From: Octopus sinensis
Taxonomy: Eukaryota
NCBI RefSeq assembly: GCF_006345805.1
Contig: NC_043000.1
Coordinates: forward strand, 42,036,001 to 42,100,000
Direction of reading: 5' to 3'
DNA length: 64,000 nt
Shown here: positions 14,158 to 24,894 of the stretch, piece after piece
How positions within the stretch are numbered: the stretch's first letter is position 1
Layout: every line of letters starts with the position of its first letter
The notes under the pieces: generated by a model
What the model saw: the letters and a program-made list of their open reading frames with translations, nothing else
Database searches by the model: none
What the model was told of the DNA's origin: nothing
Translations under genes and position numbers: made by a program

Positions 14158-16424
14158 CTACAAGATGAGACAAGCATACTCAAAGTTAATCAGCAAAATT
14201 CTTCAATCTTTTATTTTGTAATAGAAATATATAATAGAAATCCAAAGTGGCCAAACTGCAGATTGTGACCCATATGTGGCTCTCAAATCTACCATGTGCA
14301 GCCTCTGAGATATTTGGTTTCAGTGCTATTTTTCTTCGATTAGTACTAATATCCTACCAACTAGATTTTAAAGTATTAAGTACAAAAATAAAGACTGTAT
14401 AAAAGTCTTCAACAAGCAGATATTAATTAATCTATTCTAATATCTCTTTTACTTGTTTCAGTCATTAGAGTGTGGCTATGTTGGGGCACCACCTTTAAGA
14501 ATTTTTAGTTGACTGAATCAACCCAAGTACTTATTTTTTTAAAGCCAGGTACTTATTCTATCAACCTCTTTTGCTGAACTAAGTTTCAGGGACGTAAACA
14601 AACCAACACTGGTTACTAAGCAGGCTTCTTACCATACAGCCATGCCTGTGCCTATATTATCTTATTTACAAATATAATCTAAAAAAAATATAAGTTGAGG
14701 TACTTCAATGTGAAAAATTATTATATTTAGTTCATCTTATCAAACAAGGTGGCCACATCTGATATATAACAAAATACAATCAAATATTATGAATTAAAAA
14801 TTGCAATCAAATATTTGAAAATGAATAAGAATTACAAAATAAAACTTTAAAAAGGATAATACAAATATTGAAAATTAAAAATAAAAATCATAAAGTATAA
14901 TTTGAATTAATTATAGTGCAAAAACATTTTAATAAGATATTGGAAAATAAAATTCAACTCAAAATTGTAAAATAAAATTAAAGTTAAATTTAATACAAAG
15001 AAATTTATAATTACATATTTGAAAATATAAAAATAATAAGATAAGATTATTATAAATACACAGTTAGTATTATAATATAATATTGGCATTAGGAAGGGCA
15101 TCCAGCTGTAGAAACTCCGCCAGATCAAGATTAGAGCCTGGTGCAGCCATCTGGTTAGCCAATCCTCAGTCAAATCATCCAACCCATGCTAGCATGGAAA
15201 GCGGTCGTTAACCGATGATGATGATGATGATGATAATATAATATATACTATGTCTATACAATTTGAATTAAGTGTTTAAATTACTGAGGTGAATGTTTGT
15301 TGCTAATTCTGATTATCTATTCATGTTTACAGTATATCCATTTGAGAATGATGTGTAATTTAGGCATAACATCATCAATTTGGAGAGTAAGGGGTCAGTT
15401 GGTGCTATTGACCCCCAACACTTGGCTGGTATGTTATTTTCACCCGAAAGAATGAAAGGTAAAGTTGACTTTAGAGGAATTTGAACAAGGCATTTTTGAT
15501 GATTTTCTAATGATTCAGCCAAACCAATGTCTAATGCATCCTTACTATAATGATGCTGATGTAAGTATATCAATGTATGTAACTGAAACTGTGCCAGCTA
15601 TTCCTCTCACTACCTATCCCACCCTCACTAAATAAAGCAAATCTCACACCACTTCTTAAATGAGTCACCTTTCCAAGGGAATGAGAAAGGGGCAGACGGA
15701 GTAGTTATCTGCTGTATCACTATTTAACAAGGAAGATGACATCGATGTATATTGCCTAGTCTTCATGTTCAAGAATGGAAGCTTCTACTGAATATAACGG
15801 CCAAATCACCTACAGATAATAACCCACCTTAAATAAAGGATATATTAGAATGTAGTCCATTCGTAAAGTCTCTTAGTTCTGCTCTGCATAATAGCTCAGC
15901 CTCTAAGAAATAGTATCCAAATTCCCCTCACCAGCTGTCAAGCAGTGGTGGGGACAAACAAAGATACACACACATGCACACACTAAGAATAGCCAATCAG
16001 ATCCAGATTATCTCCCTTGCACCTTTCACTAATATTTTGCCATTTATTTTGAAACAATTTTTGTCAGTGAACATGTTCATGTAACTTGCACAAATTCACA
16101 TGTCCCTTGTGCATGTGTTGTAGTTTCGTTCCTGGTCAGTGCTGGATGAACAGACTTATAATAAAAAGCACTCTCATTTTTTTATTAAAACAGGGTGAAT
16201 TTAGAGGTAGATTTGGCTGCAAATTCTAGCAGATTGAACGACTATAGTTGGATCTACTACTTAAAAGGGGATTACTTTAGGTTACTTTTTAGTTTACGTT
16301 TCAATTTCTAAAAACCCTTAAGATGCTGGCTAAAGATTTTTACAATGTAATCAGCGACAAGATGAAGGCAGTTACATTTTTATGAAGAAATGGCCTTTTA
16401 GATGATGAAAATATTGCACCATGT

Positions 16425-16833
16425 GCGCAGGAGTGGCTGTGTGGTAAGTAGCTTGTTTACCAACCACATGGTTCTGGGTTCAGTCCCACTGCGTGGCACC
16501 TTGGGTAAGTGTCTTCTACTATAGCCTCGGGCCGACCAAAGCCTTGTGAGTGGATTTGGTAGACGGAAACTGAAAGAAGCCTGTCGTATATATGTATATA
16601 TATATATATGCGTGTGTGTATTTGTGTGTCTGTGTTTGTCCCCCTAGCATTGCTTGACAACCGATGCTGGTGTGTTTATGTCCCCGTTACTTAGCGGTTC
16701 AGCAAAAAGAGACCGATAGAATAAGTACTGGGCTTACAAAAGAATAAGTCCCGGGGTCGAGTTGCTTGATTAAAGGCGGTGCTCCAGCATGGCCACAGTC
16801 AAAAGACTGAAACAAGTAAAAGAGTAAAAAGAG
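16425..16833 (+). mobile_element. tRNA-derived SINE, family A (other copies: 31927-32331, 33156-33603, 58735-59103 on +; 8797-9180, 10065-10455, 14445-14650, 17543-17760, 45225-45562 on -)
   Basis: A-box-like TGGCTGTGTGG, B-box-like GGTTCAGTCCC, central TA/TG microsatellite, conserved 3' GACTGAAACAAGTAAAAGAG end. Confidence 0.8.
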
Positions 16834-17077
16834 TATGTCATCGTTGTGGTGGAGAAATGAAGGAAGCTCGAAGGATAACACGGTGAAATGTGGCAATCTA
16901 ATAACAGAGTGTGGATGTGGCTAATGCCTGGTGAGCAATACACACCAACCTGTATAGTGCTGATTGAAATTTGGCAGTGGTATGGTCGTGTTCCTCCTGG
17001 AACTAATTTTTATTGTTTTTTCCTTTCTTGAAAAGGCTTGCCCCCATTATTTTTAAGTGCGTAGTACAAAAAAGAGT

Positions 17078-17460
17078 GGAGGCGCAATGGCCTAGTGGTT
17101 AGGGCAGCGGACTCGCGGTCATAGGATCGCGGTTTCGATTCCCAGACCGGGCGTTGTGAGTGTTTATTGAGCGAAAACACCTAAAGCCCCACGAGGCTCC
17201 GGCAGGGAATGGTGGTGATCCCTGCTGTACTCTTTCACCACAACTTTCTCTCACTCTTACTTCCTGTTTCTGTTGTACCTGTATTTCAAAGGGCCGGCCT
17301 TGTCACTCTCTGTGTCACGCTGAATATCCCCGAGAACTGCGTTAAGGGTACACGTGTCTGTGGAGAGCTCAACCACTTACATGTTAATTTCATGAGCAGG
17401 CTGTTCCATTGATTCGGATCAACCAGAACCCTCGTCGTCGTAACCAACAGAGTGCTTCCA
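17078..17460 (+). mobile_element. tRNA-derived SINE, family B (also 29413-29795; variant at 10478-10790)
   Basis: TGGCC(C/T)AGTGG A-box and GTTTCGATTCC B-box; two near-identical copies. Confidence 0.8.
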
Positions 17461-18496
17461 CTCCACAAAAAAGAATCTCAGAAGGAACGGAAAAAATCCA
17501 ACTTGTATGGGTGAGCTATTTCAAAATCTGCTGGCACTCTTTACACTTATTTCAGTTATTGGACTGTGGCTCTGCTGGAGCACTACCTTGTAGATTTAGT
17601 CAAACAAATCAAAATTAGTACTGAAGTCAGATATTGTTCTATTGCTTTCTTTGGCTGAACTGCTACGTTATGGGGATGGAAATAAATACTGGTTGTCAAA
17701 TGGTTAGAAAACAAAGACACTTACACACACATACACATATGCATGTGTGTGTGTGTGTGTGTCTATTTAGTGTTGACTGTTGGAAGAAAGAATTCTGAAT
17801 ATCAAAGCATTCTTATTTGGGTTAAGTCAATCTCTTGTTATTCTGGACTGACCAGACCAAAAAAATAAATATTCTAAGTATGTCATTATTCGTTTTTTTT
17901 CTTTTTTCAAGAGTTTTTACCAATATAAAAAGAGCTGTATTCTAACCTAAATCCAAGGAATTGGAATTTCTAACCTAACCCAAATCCCCAAAATTGGAAT
18001 TTCAAGAATATCAACAGGGTATTTGTGTACATTGTATACAGTATTTGGAATTAGTGCATGTGCAAATTTGTATGTTTTGTTTTATGAATGCATTCTCATG
18101 CATATACTTGCATGTCTAGACATGCACATATATATATAAATGATAAACTTCTGGAATGTTTTACAAATTTTTACAGTTCCAGTGACTCTGTAGTCTTTGA
18201 ATCAGATTTCTTCTTTCTGGTTTTGAGAAACCTAATTTCTCATCATTGATATTTAGGCAGTGTGTTACATATTCCAGTACATATGCTGGATTACTGAGAA
18301 ACCTGCAGTTACTCTAGCCAGATCACAAGTTCAGCAATTATTGGGGCATGTGATGGGTTTCTATCTAGTTTCCACTAACTGAAATAATTCACAAAAGCAT
18401 TTGGTCAGTCTCAGAGAATTGCTTAGGTTAGCGTGCAATGGTAATGAATCCAAAAACATAAAACACAACTCAAAAACAAAAAACAAACTAACGAAC

Positions 18497-18645
18497 GTTT
18501 TCACTCTCTTCTTGACAACGAAGTTGATGATTCCTTCAAAGTTACCTCCCATGGTTGGCTTGACGTGGAGGTTGTACATGGCCACTTGGGCGCTACTCAC
18601 AGACACAAATGGGTTACCACTAGTGAATGGAACATTGGATTGTAC
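18497..18645 (-). CDS. CFAP47: CFAP47-like exon: VQSNVPFTSGNPFVSVSSAQVAMYNLHVKPTMGGNFEGIINFVVKKRVK
   Basis: cattgacAG acceptor; the donor is uncertain (AC|GTTCGT gives the phase 2 needed; TTC|GTTAGT 4 nt further is an alternative). Confidence 0.78.
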
Positions 18646-19319
18646 CTGTCAATGGAAATGGAAAGAGTGAAGTGTAGTTGGGGGAATGAAATAAACCTTT
18701 TTACGTTTGACTAGAGAACCAAAACACAGATAAGTATAGGTGAAGATAAGTCAACTACAGCTTAAACAATATTTACATGATTTATGTTAGTTTAAATATA
18801 TATAATGTAGTGATTGGCGAAAGTTTAATTAATAGCAACTGTGGGGTGAGGTAAAATATGTTTTTGTTTAACGAGCAAATTTTTTTTATCATTTGACTGA
18901 CTATGAGAGAAAACTCTGGACATGATATTCTCTCCGGAAAATGTATTCATTACTGACTAAACCTCACGCTGTTTCGGACAAGGCATCTTTGCCAATGACT
19001 GAAGTAAATCAAAATAAAGAAGGATTAAAAGGAAGGGAGCAAAAGAGAGAGAGAAAGAAGGGATGGAGTGAGAGAGAGGGGAAGGAGAGAGAGGAAGGGA
19101 GGGAGGGGAAGGGAGAGAGAGCATTTCTGGTGTATCTGTGTGCAAGTAAGCTTTAGTGAGTTAGAGTGTGAAGACTAGCCAAATAATTCAATGATCTTTA
19201 TTTATATATAGATGGCCTAAAATGTTTGCACGAAGCAGGTACTTCCAAAGAAATAATGGGATCAGGAGTGAAAAAAAGAATAGTTTCAAATGGTTTAGAG
19301 TCAGTTACTTGCTACTTAC

Positions 19320-19374
19320 CTCATAAGTCAGCCTCTTCTTAGTGCGGTTTGGAACATTCAATACATGTATTGCA
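19320..19374 (-). CDS. CFAP47: CFAP47-like small exon: (N)AIHVLNVPNRTKKRLTYE
   Basis: aattccAG acceptor, GAG|GTAAGT donor; 55 nt, phase 2-0; VPNxT motif; restores phase across the PLE-containing intron. Confidence 0.82.
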
Positions 19375-19479
19375 CTGGAATTTAGAGAAAATAATAACAA
19401 AATATTGTTATACTTAGGGATGGTCATATATTTATATAATTATATAGCTATGGTGCAGTTATATATTTATATAGCTATG

Positions 19480-19925
19480 GTGTGGCCTCACCTGGAATTT
19501 GCATCACCGGTCTGGAACCCCTATTGCCCAGGATATTAATCATCTGGAAATCGTTCAGCGATGTGCAACCAAGAGAATACCCTCCATCAGGCATTTGCCA
19601 TATTTTGAACGCCTTACTTCCCTGGGCATGGATACATTGAAACTCTGATATCTGGCAGCTGATTTAGCAGACAGCCATAAAATTATTAACCATCTTACAA
19701 ACAATAACTCTGAGCACCTTTTCAAACTACACCTGTCTAACACCCGTGGACATGTTTACAATGTCAGAAAACAGCACAGCTCCCATGACTTTTGGAAACA
19801 TTTTTTCAGGCTAAGAGTTGCTGAAGTATGGAACAAACTCCCGGCATCAGTTGTTAGTTGTCGGAGCACTGCATCCTTCAAAACTTCCATGCTTCCTGAG
19901 ATTCGCCAACACTACATCTGATTTT
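19480..19925 (+). mobile_element. CR1/L2-type LINE 3' fragment
   Basis: VWPHLEFASPVWNPY...LEIVQR.ATKRIPSIRHLPY.ERL remnants. Confidence 0.7.
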
Positions 19926-20072
19926 CTCCCCTCCATACACACACAAGCATGTATATGACTTTCCAGACATTTGTACATTACTGCATATGCTTTATATGCA
20001 CTTTTGACAAGTTGTGGTGCACCTGAGCACTGTATACAATAATTTCATTATATTATATATATATATATATAT

Positions 20073-21210
20073 ACTAGCTGAAGGTGACCCGCTCTACGCG
20101 CGGGTAAGAGTGTGGTTGTTACTTTCTGTTGCTTTCTTTCAGCACGTAAAAAGCATCAACCAATCGTTGCCGCTGCGAGCCCCCCTGGCACCTGGGCCGG
20201 CGGCACAAAAAAAGCACCCACTACACTCACAGAGTGGTTGGCGTTAGGAAGGTCATCCACCTGTAGAAACACTGCCAGATCAGACTGGAGCCTGGTGCAG
20301 CCTCCTGGCTTCCCAGACCCCGGTCAAACTGTCCAACCCGTGCTAGCACAGAAAACGGACGTTAAACGATGATGATGATGATGATTCTCCCTCTTTGTTT
20401 CTCTCTCCTTTCTCTCTCACTTTCCCACTCTCTTACTTTTCTTTTCTCTCGGACTCTCCTCGCTTTTCTCTTACTCTCTATCTTTATCTATCTCTCTCCC
20501 ATTTATAAACAACAAAAGATCTTGAGTAAGTTGAGAAATAAAATATTTAGAAAGATCAATCATAAATATCAGGCAGTGGCAACAGAAAGGTCTGCTTCAA
20601 GGCAGACAGCAAAACGCTAACATTTAAAAGGGACAGACGAACTTGCGAGCTGAATAAAAGTAATAAAATATTGGAAACCAAAGTTTGAAGGGATAGAATC
20701 TGAGGATAGTAGAGTCACCATGGTTGGCATTTCTTTACGACGGACAGCAACGTATTGACAGTTTAACGGCTGGCGTAAAATTTTGAATTTGATGTAAAAG
20801 AAAATTCGTAAACATCAAGTTTTGAAGTGATTCTTTCTCATGACAGTAGACTCACCATGGCAAGCATTCAAAACTTCTTCATCATGGACGGCAACACATT
20901 GACGATTAAAAGGCTGGCGCAAATTTTTTAGCTTGATGTAACAGAGAATTCCTAAACACTCGCTCATTGAAATTTTAATCCCCTTCCAGTCCCATTTAGA
21001 CCCCTTTTCACATTTTGGTTAATATAATCCGATTTCATTCGGGTCTACTGGGGCCACATTTTATAAGATGAGGAATTTTGTCCTAGAGGTCATGCCTTTC
21101 ATTTGAGGAAAAAAATAGTTGCCATGCAAACTTGCCAGCACATTTTACATAAGTGTGCATATTTTCAGCTGAACCGACCGACCACATAATGCACACATTA
21201 TATATATATA
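20073..21210 (-). mobile_element. Non-autonomous Helitron-like element (carries a nested RTE 3' fragment at ~20140-20384)
   Basis: Minus strand ends ACCCGC-7nt-GCGGGT hairpin, 9 nt, CTAG|T (canonical Helitron 3' end); the distal end starts in TA repeats followed by GGTCGGTCGG; 5' limit is inferred. Confidence 0.5.
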
Positions 21211-21270
21211 TATATATATTGGTGAATTGAAGAAATGGAGCTGAACGCAGATTGAACAGAAATCGTTTTA

Positions 21271-21359
21271 TTTCATTCTACACGTGTTTCGAAAGGCACA
21301 AATTACCAAAATCCGATTGAATAATGGGACCATATTGTGTCTTTCTCTTCAGGAAGAAA
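21271..21359 (-). ncRNA. Type I hammerhead ribozyme, left-arm copy (predicted cleavage after 21279 on the minus strand)
   Basis: Exact reverse complement of 28188-28276. Confidence 0.88.
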
Positions 21360-21968
21360 AAAGGAAATCCGTTGGAAAAACAAAAACAGAACAGAGGCAG
21401 AGCAAAAAACAAATCGAACTGTGCTCCTAAGAGCCCATGGCGAAACTGTTTATCAGTGTATGTTGAGAACCGGTGGCTGAAGAATTCAACAGGTCAGGCA
21501 TCGGTCAAACATGTGGGTGAGGGCGTATAGATGTTCTTTGTGACCGAGAATAAAGTTCTGACTATTTAAAGAATATTGGATGTTTTATAAGGGGCGAGAA
21601 AAAATCTACTTAGAGACGTGTGTGTGTGTATACTGTTCTATATATGTGTGTTTGGCGTAGGGGTAGAAAACATTTTTTGTGTACGTGTGTGCGTTTGATC
21701 GTTCGGCTGTCAGTGGCTACTGCCGTGATAACCGTTGGGTGGCAGAAAGAAAAAAATAAAGAAATTATATATATATTTTATGTTTTATGTGTGTGTGTGT
21801 GTGTGTTCATCTAAGCCTACCTTGACAAGGAAACCCCCCGCTGTGAAAAAACAAGCCCCGTTTGTCTTACAGGAGTAATTTCCCTTGCAGTGGTTAATTG
21901 TAGATATCTTAAAATCTATTTCAGAATTTGTTACCAAGGGCTATGGGTGCCGGTCTTATTTATAAACG

Positions 21969-22726
21969 CTATTTAAAGGCCAGATAAGTGTAACGCCGCC
22001 AATGGGGGCATCGAAAAGCCGACTGTAAGAGCCCGTTTACCATCCGGCCTCTGGCAAACAAAATATGGAAGAGTTCGGAGACACAAAGGTTGCACTGTCT
22101 TCTGCCCCTATCAAATGGGAGGGCCACCGACAAAATTGACCATTCCAGCCTATAGCTTAAGTTCGCATCCTTCAGTCGCCATATTAGCTTACTGAGTCCC
22201 GTGGTCTGGCGCTTGTTCACGTCCCGAAAAGTTGCGTAATGGTTGGAGACACGCAAAGACAATCTTGAGGACGATGCCCCTATATAAGTGAAGGCATCTG
22301 AGTCCGTGTAAACCTTGCATTGGTAGACGGCGTTTTTGATCTTGGAGTTCGCCGACGTGAATCTTACTCTGCTAGGATTGGTTCTGAAATTAGAACTGCG
22401 TTCCTGTCACTATATTCGTTCCGAGACCTGCAGCCGCTTACTACTCTATTTTCCACTACGTCACTATTAACTATAGGAATAACCCCTGATTCTCCACTAT
22501 CTATCAGAGTGCTGTCATTGCTACTGCCCGTGGTACTGCTATTGCGGGAAATGATGCTGGGGATGCTAAAGGGGCTCTCTACCCTACTCCCATTGTTACC
22601 ATCAACCACAACACCCCTATTTATAACTATACCCCTAGTGGGTACTCCCTGGCTGGAGCTGAGATTATGTGTCACTGTACTGGCTCTCATATCATTATTA
22701 CTACTATAATTATTCCTACTGAGCAT
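21969..22726 (-). CDS. PLE ORF2: Ser/Asn-rich linker plus GIY-YIG endonuclease (~252 aa consensus; 1-nt deletion near 22382 in this arm)
   Basis: The ATG overlaps the ORF1 stop (TAATG); AVYQCKV...YIG...R..NH, LSKLIWRLK, CNLCVSE, VN, CPH motifs; the frameshift here is absent from the right arm. Confidence 0.85.
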
Positions 22727-24654
22727 TAAGCCGGAGCGGAAGAGGCTGTGCCTCCGGAAAAAGGTGATAGGGTCTTAGTAAGTAGCCTATTATTATGGGA
22801 GGCGATTATCTGGGCGAGGTTTTTAGTGTTGGAGAAAGCTATCCTAACTTTATGTGAGTTAACCGTGGAGTAATATTTGGAATTTCTGGGGAAGTTATTG
22901 GCGATGGCTTGTCTAAACATGAGGGGGAGGTTAGTTCTAATCTGCTTACCAAAGGGGATTACAAACCATATATGCTTATTCCTATCAGTGTGATGGGTCG
23001 GGACGCCAGCTCTCGCATTTGGGTGGGTGATTCTCGGATGAATAACGGGTCTTGGGTTAGTGTAAGACCTCCCGGACCGATAATTATCCTTGTTCGCTAA
23101 ATTAAATGCGGGAGCGACTACCCCGGTATCCGCCGCGCTCCCGTCCTTACTTAAAATGTTAATGTTATTATATACGGCCCTATCCTGATGACCGAATGAT
23201 GGCATCGGAAGGGCCGGATCAATATAAATTACCTTCTGCCTATAACCGGCCTTGGATAGTGCGGCGTTATAAAAATCCGCTTTCTGCATAAAAATATCGG
23301 CACTGGCGGACAGGCCAGACAATCTTAGAGAGATGTTTTTAACCAAATTGTCTGTTACGGTTTTGGCATGATTTGAGAAGACACTGACATACTTCAAATT
23401 AGTGGAAGGCTTATGGTAAGGGCAGTATGAGTCGCTATTAAGGTTAAGTGTAACGTCTAGGAAATTAGCCTTGGTGAGTTCGTTATCAAAAACTATACTC
23501 ATGCCCATTCTATTAAAAAACCTAGCTAACCTGCTCTTAGTTTTCTGCACTATTCTGTTCGTGGTGTTTTGCAGGTAAAACAGACAATCGTCACGATACA
23601 GGCCGCCCGCGATTTCCGGGAATTGATCGGACAATTCGTAGAGAATATATATTCCGACCAAATCTGCTATCTGCGCACTATCCGAACTACCCATAGGCAC
23701 ATCAAATTCATTGGGAGTATCCTTACGGATCCACAGCTTATTATCAAACTTAATAAACGATTTCCTGGCAACTAAGATGATATCTATCTCTTCTCTGGTG
23801 AGGCCTGCCTTGTTGTGAGCATGCCAGAGGGCCTTATTTAGCACACTAGGGTTAATCGAGGGGTAGAAGCTGGCGATATCAAACTGAATGAACCTAGTAC
23901 GGTTCTTATTGGGGATGGAAGAGAACCACTTCACTACCTGCGAGGAGTTGGCCCAGAGGCTGAGCTTCAGCTTGTTTACTAAACTAGGGATATATTTATC
24001 TAAAATGTACTTACTGATTATCCCGATATCAGATCTAGCAGGGCATATGAGTCTTAGCGCTGGGTTGGTGTGGAAGTTAGGTTTATGGTCCTTCACTATA
24101 AATCTGGGTTGCTTGGGGCTAAGCGGCTGAGTTCTCATTTGAATTCGGTGTTTAAATATTATATCCTTAATTTCCAAGTTTACCTTCCTCAGGGTACTCC
24201 AATTGGTTTTTCTATAATTTTTCTTGATCTCTTTACCGAGTAAATCTAGGTACTGCTTAATGGGCATCTTGTATGTGTTCCTGGTCTTGTCGGACTGGAC
24301 CAGGACTCCGTCCGTTCTATTAATGTCCTTGGTAATTTTATCTAGGTATCTGAGGTGGGCATTTCTCCTGGGTGACTTCCTGAACTTAATCTTTCTGACT
24401 ATGTCCCACAAGTCGTCCTCAAACTTCTTCAGTCTTGGGTTCGGTGGCGGCGTATCCAATGTTTTAAAAAGCCGGCCGTATTCGGACGATGCAGTTGTCC
24501 GGTTCGATTTTAGATCTTCGTTCTCGTGGAAGAAAATGAGCCATCTTATCCGGTTTATGAATGCGTTGGTTTTACAAACCAACTCCTTAAGGAAGGCATC
24601 CTTTGGTGGTATAGGAATATCCTTAAGGGACGCATCAATCTCGAACAACTCCAT
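22726..24654 (-). CDS. PLE reverse transcriptase ORF1, 642 aa, intact (left arm)
   Basis: SLKDIPIP N-terminus; FIQFDIASFYPSI, VPMGSSDSAQIADLVGIYIL, GLYRDDCL, FLDVTLNL, PYHKP, WFVIPF...SHNNRLL motifs typical of Penelope/Poseidon-type RTs. Confidence 0.95.
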   Translation of the reverse strand: MELFEIDASLKDIPIPPKDAFLKELVCKTNAFINRIRWLIFFHENEDLKSNRTTASSEYGRLFKTLDTPPPNPRLKKFEDDLWDIVRKIKFRKSPRRNAHLRYLDKITKDINRTDGVLVQSDKTRNTYKMPIKQYLDLLGKEIKKNYRKTNWSTLRKVNLEIKDIIFKHRIQMRTQPLSPKQPRFIVKDHKPNFHTNPALRLICPARSDIGIISKYILDKYIPSLVNKLKLSLWANSSQVVKWFSSIPNKNRTRFIQFDIASFYPSINPSVLNKALWHAHNKAGLTREEIDIILVARKSFIKFDNKLWIRKDTPNEFDVPMGSSDSAQIADLVGIYILYELSDQFPEIAGGLYRDDCLFYLQNTTNRIVQKTKSRLARFFNRMGMSIVFDNELTKANFLDVTLNLNSDSYCPYHKPSTNLKYVSVFSNHAKTVTDNLVKNISLRLSGLSASADIFMQKADFYNAALSKAGYRQKVIYIDPALPMPSFGHQDRAVYNNINILSKDGSAADTGVVAPAFNLANKDNYRSGRSYTNPRPVIHPRITHPNARAGVPTHHTDRNKHIWFVIPFGKQIRTNLPLMFRQAIANNFPRNSKYYSTVNSHKVRIAFSNTKNLAQIIASHNNRLLTKTLSPFSGGTASSAPA

Positions 24655-24773
24655 TATTGGCGTCGGTTAAAGTAGCAGTTTCTTGACGAAGCGGTATGTA
24701 TTATGTGAAATAGAAAGATGAATAATCTTGTAGTGGATTAAACAAAAGTTTAACCGATACCTTAGTAGCAAAA

Positions 24774-24828
24774 AATCCACTACAAGATTATTAATCCACT
24801 ACAATTATTAATCCACTACAAGATTATT
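24774..24828 (+). repeat. Three tandem copies of AATCCACTACAAGATTATT (the middle one lacks GA) at the inversion junction
   Basis: Read directly: 24774-24792, 24793-24809, 24810-24828. Confidence 0.9.
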
Positions 24829-24894
24829 CATCTTTCTATTTCACATAATACATACCGCTTCGTCAAGAAACTGCTACTTTAACCGACGCCAATA

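Noticed and set aside
22320-22709. 129-aa hydrophobic ORF antisense to the ORF2 linker
   Set aside because: Expected by-product of a Ser/Asn-rich sense frame; no independent support.
24775-24810. The whole palindrome as a missed-adapter or fold-back sequencing artefact
   Set aside because: No adapter sequence at the centre; the centre is asymmetric, the arms end at different unit positions, and the left leader contains sequence absent from the right leader. Not fully excluded without raw reads.
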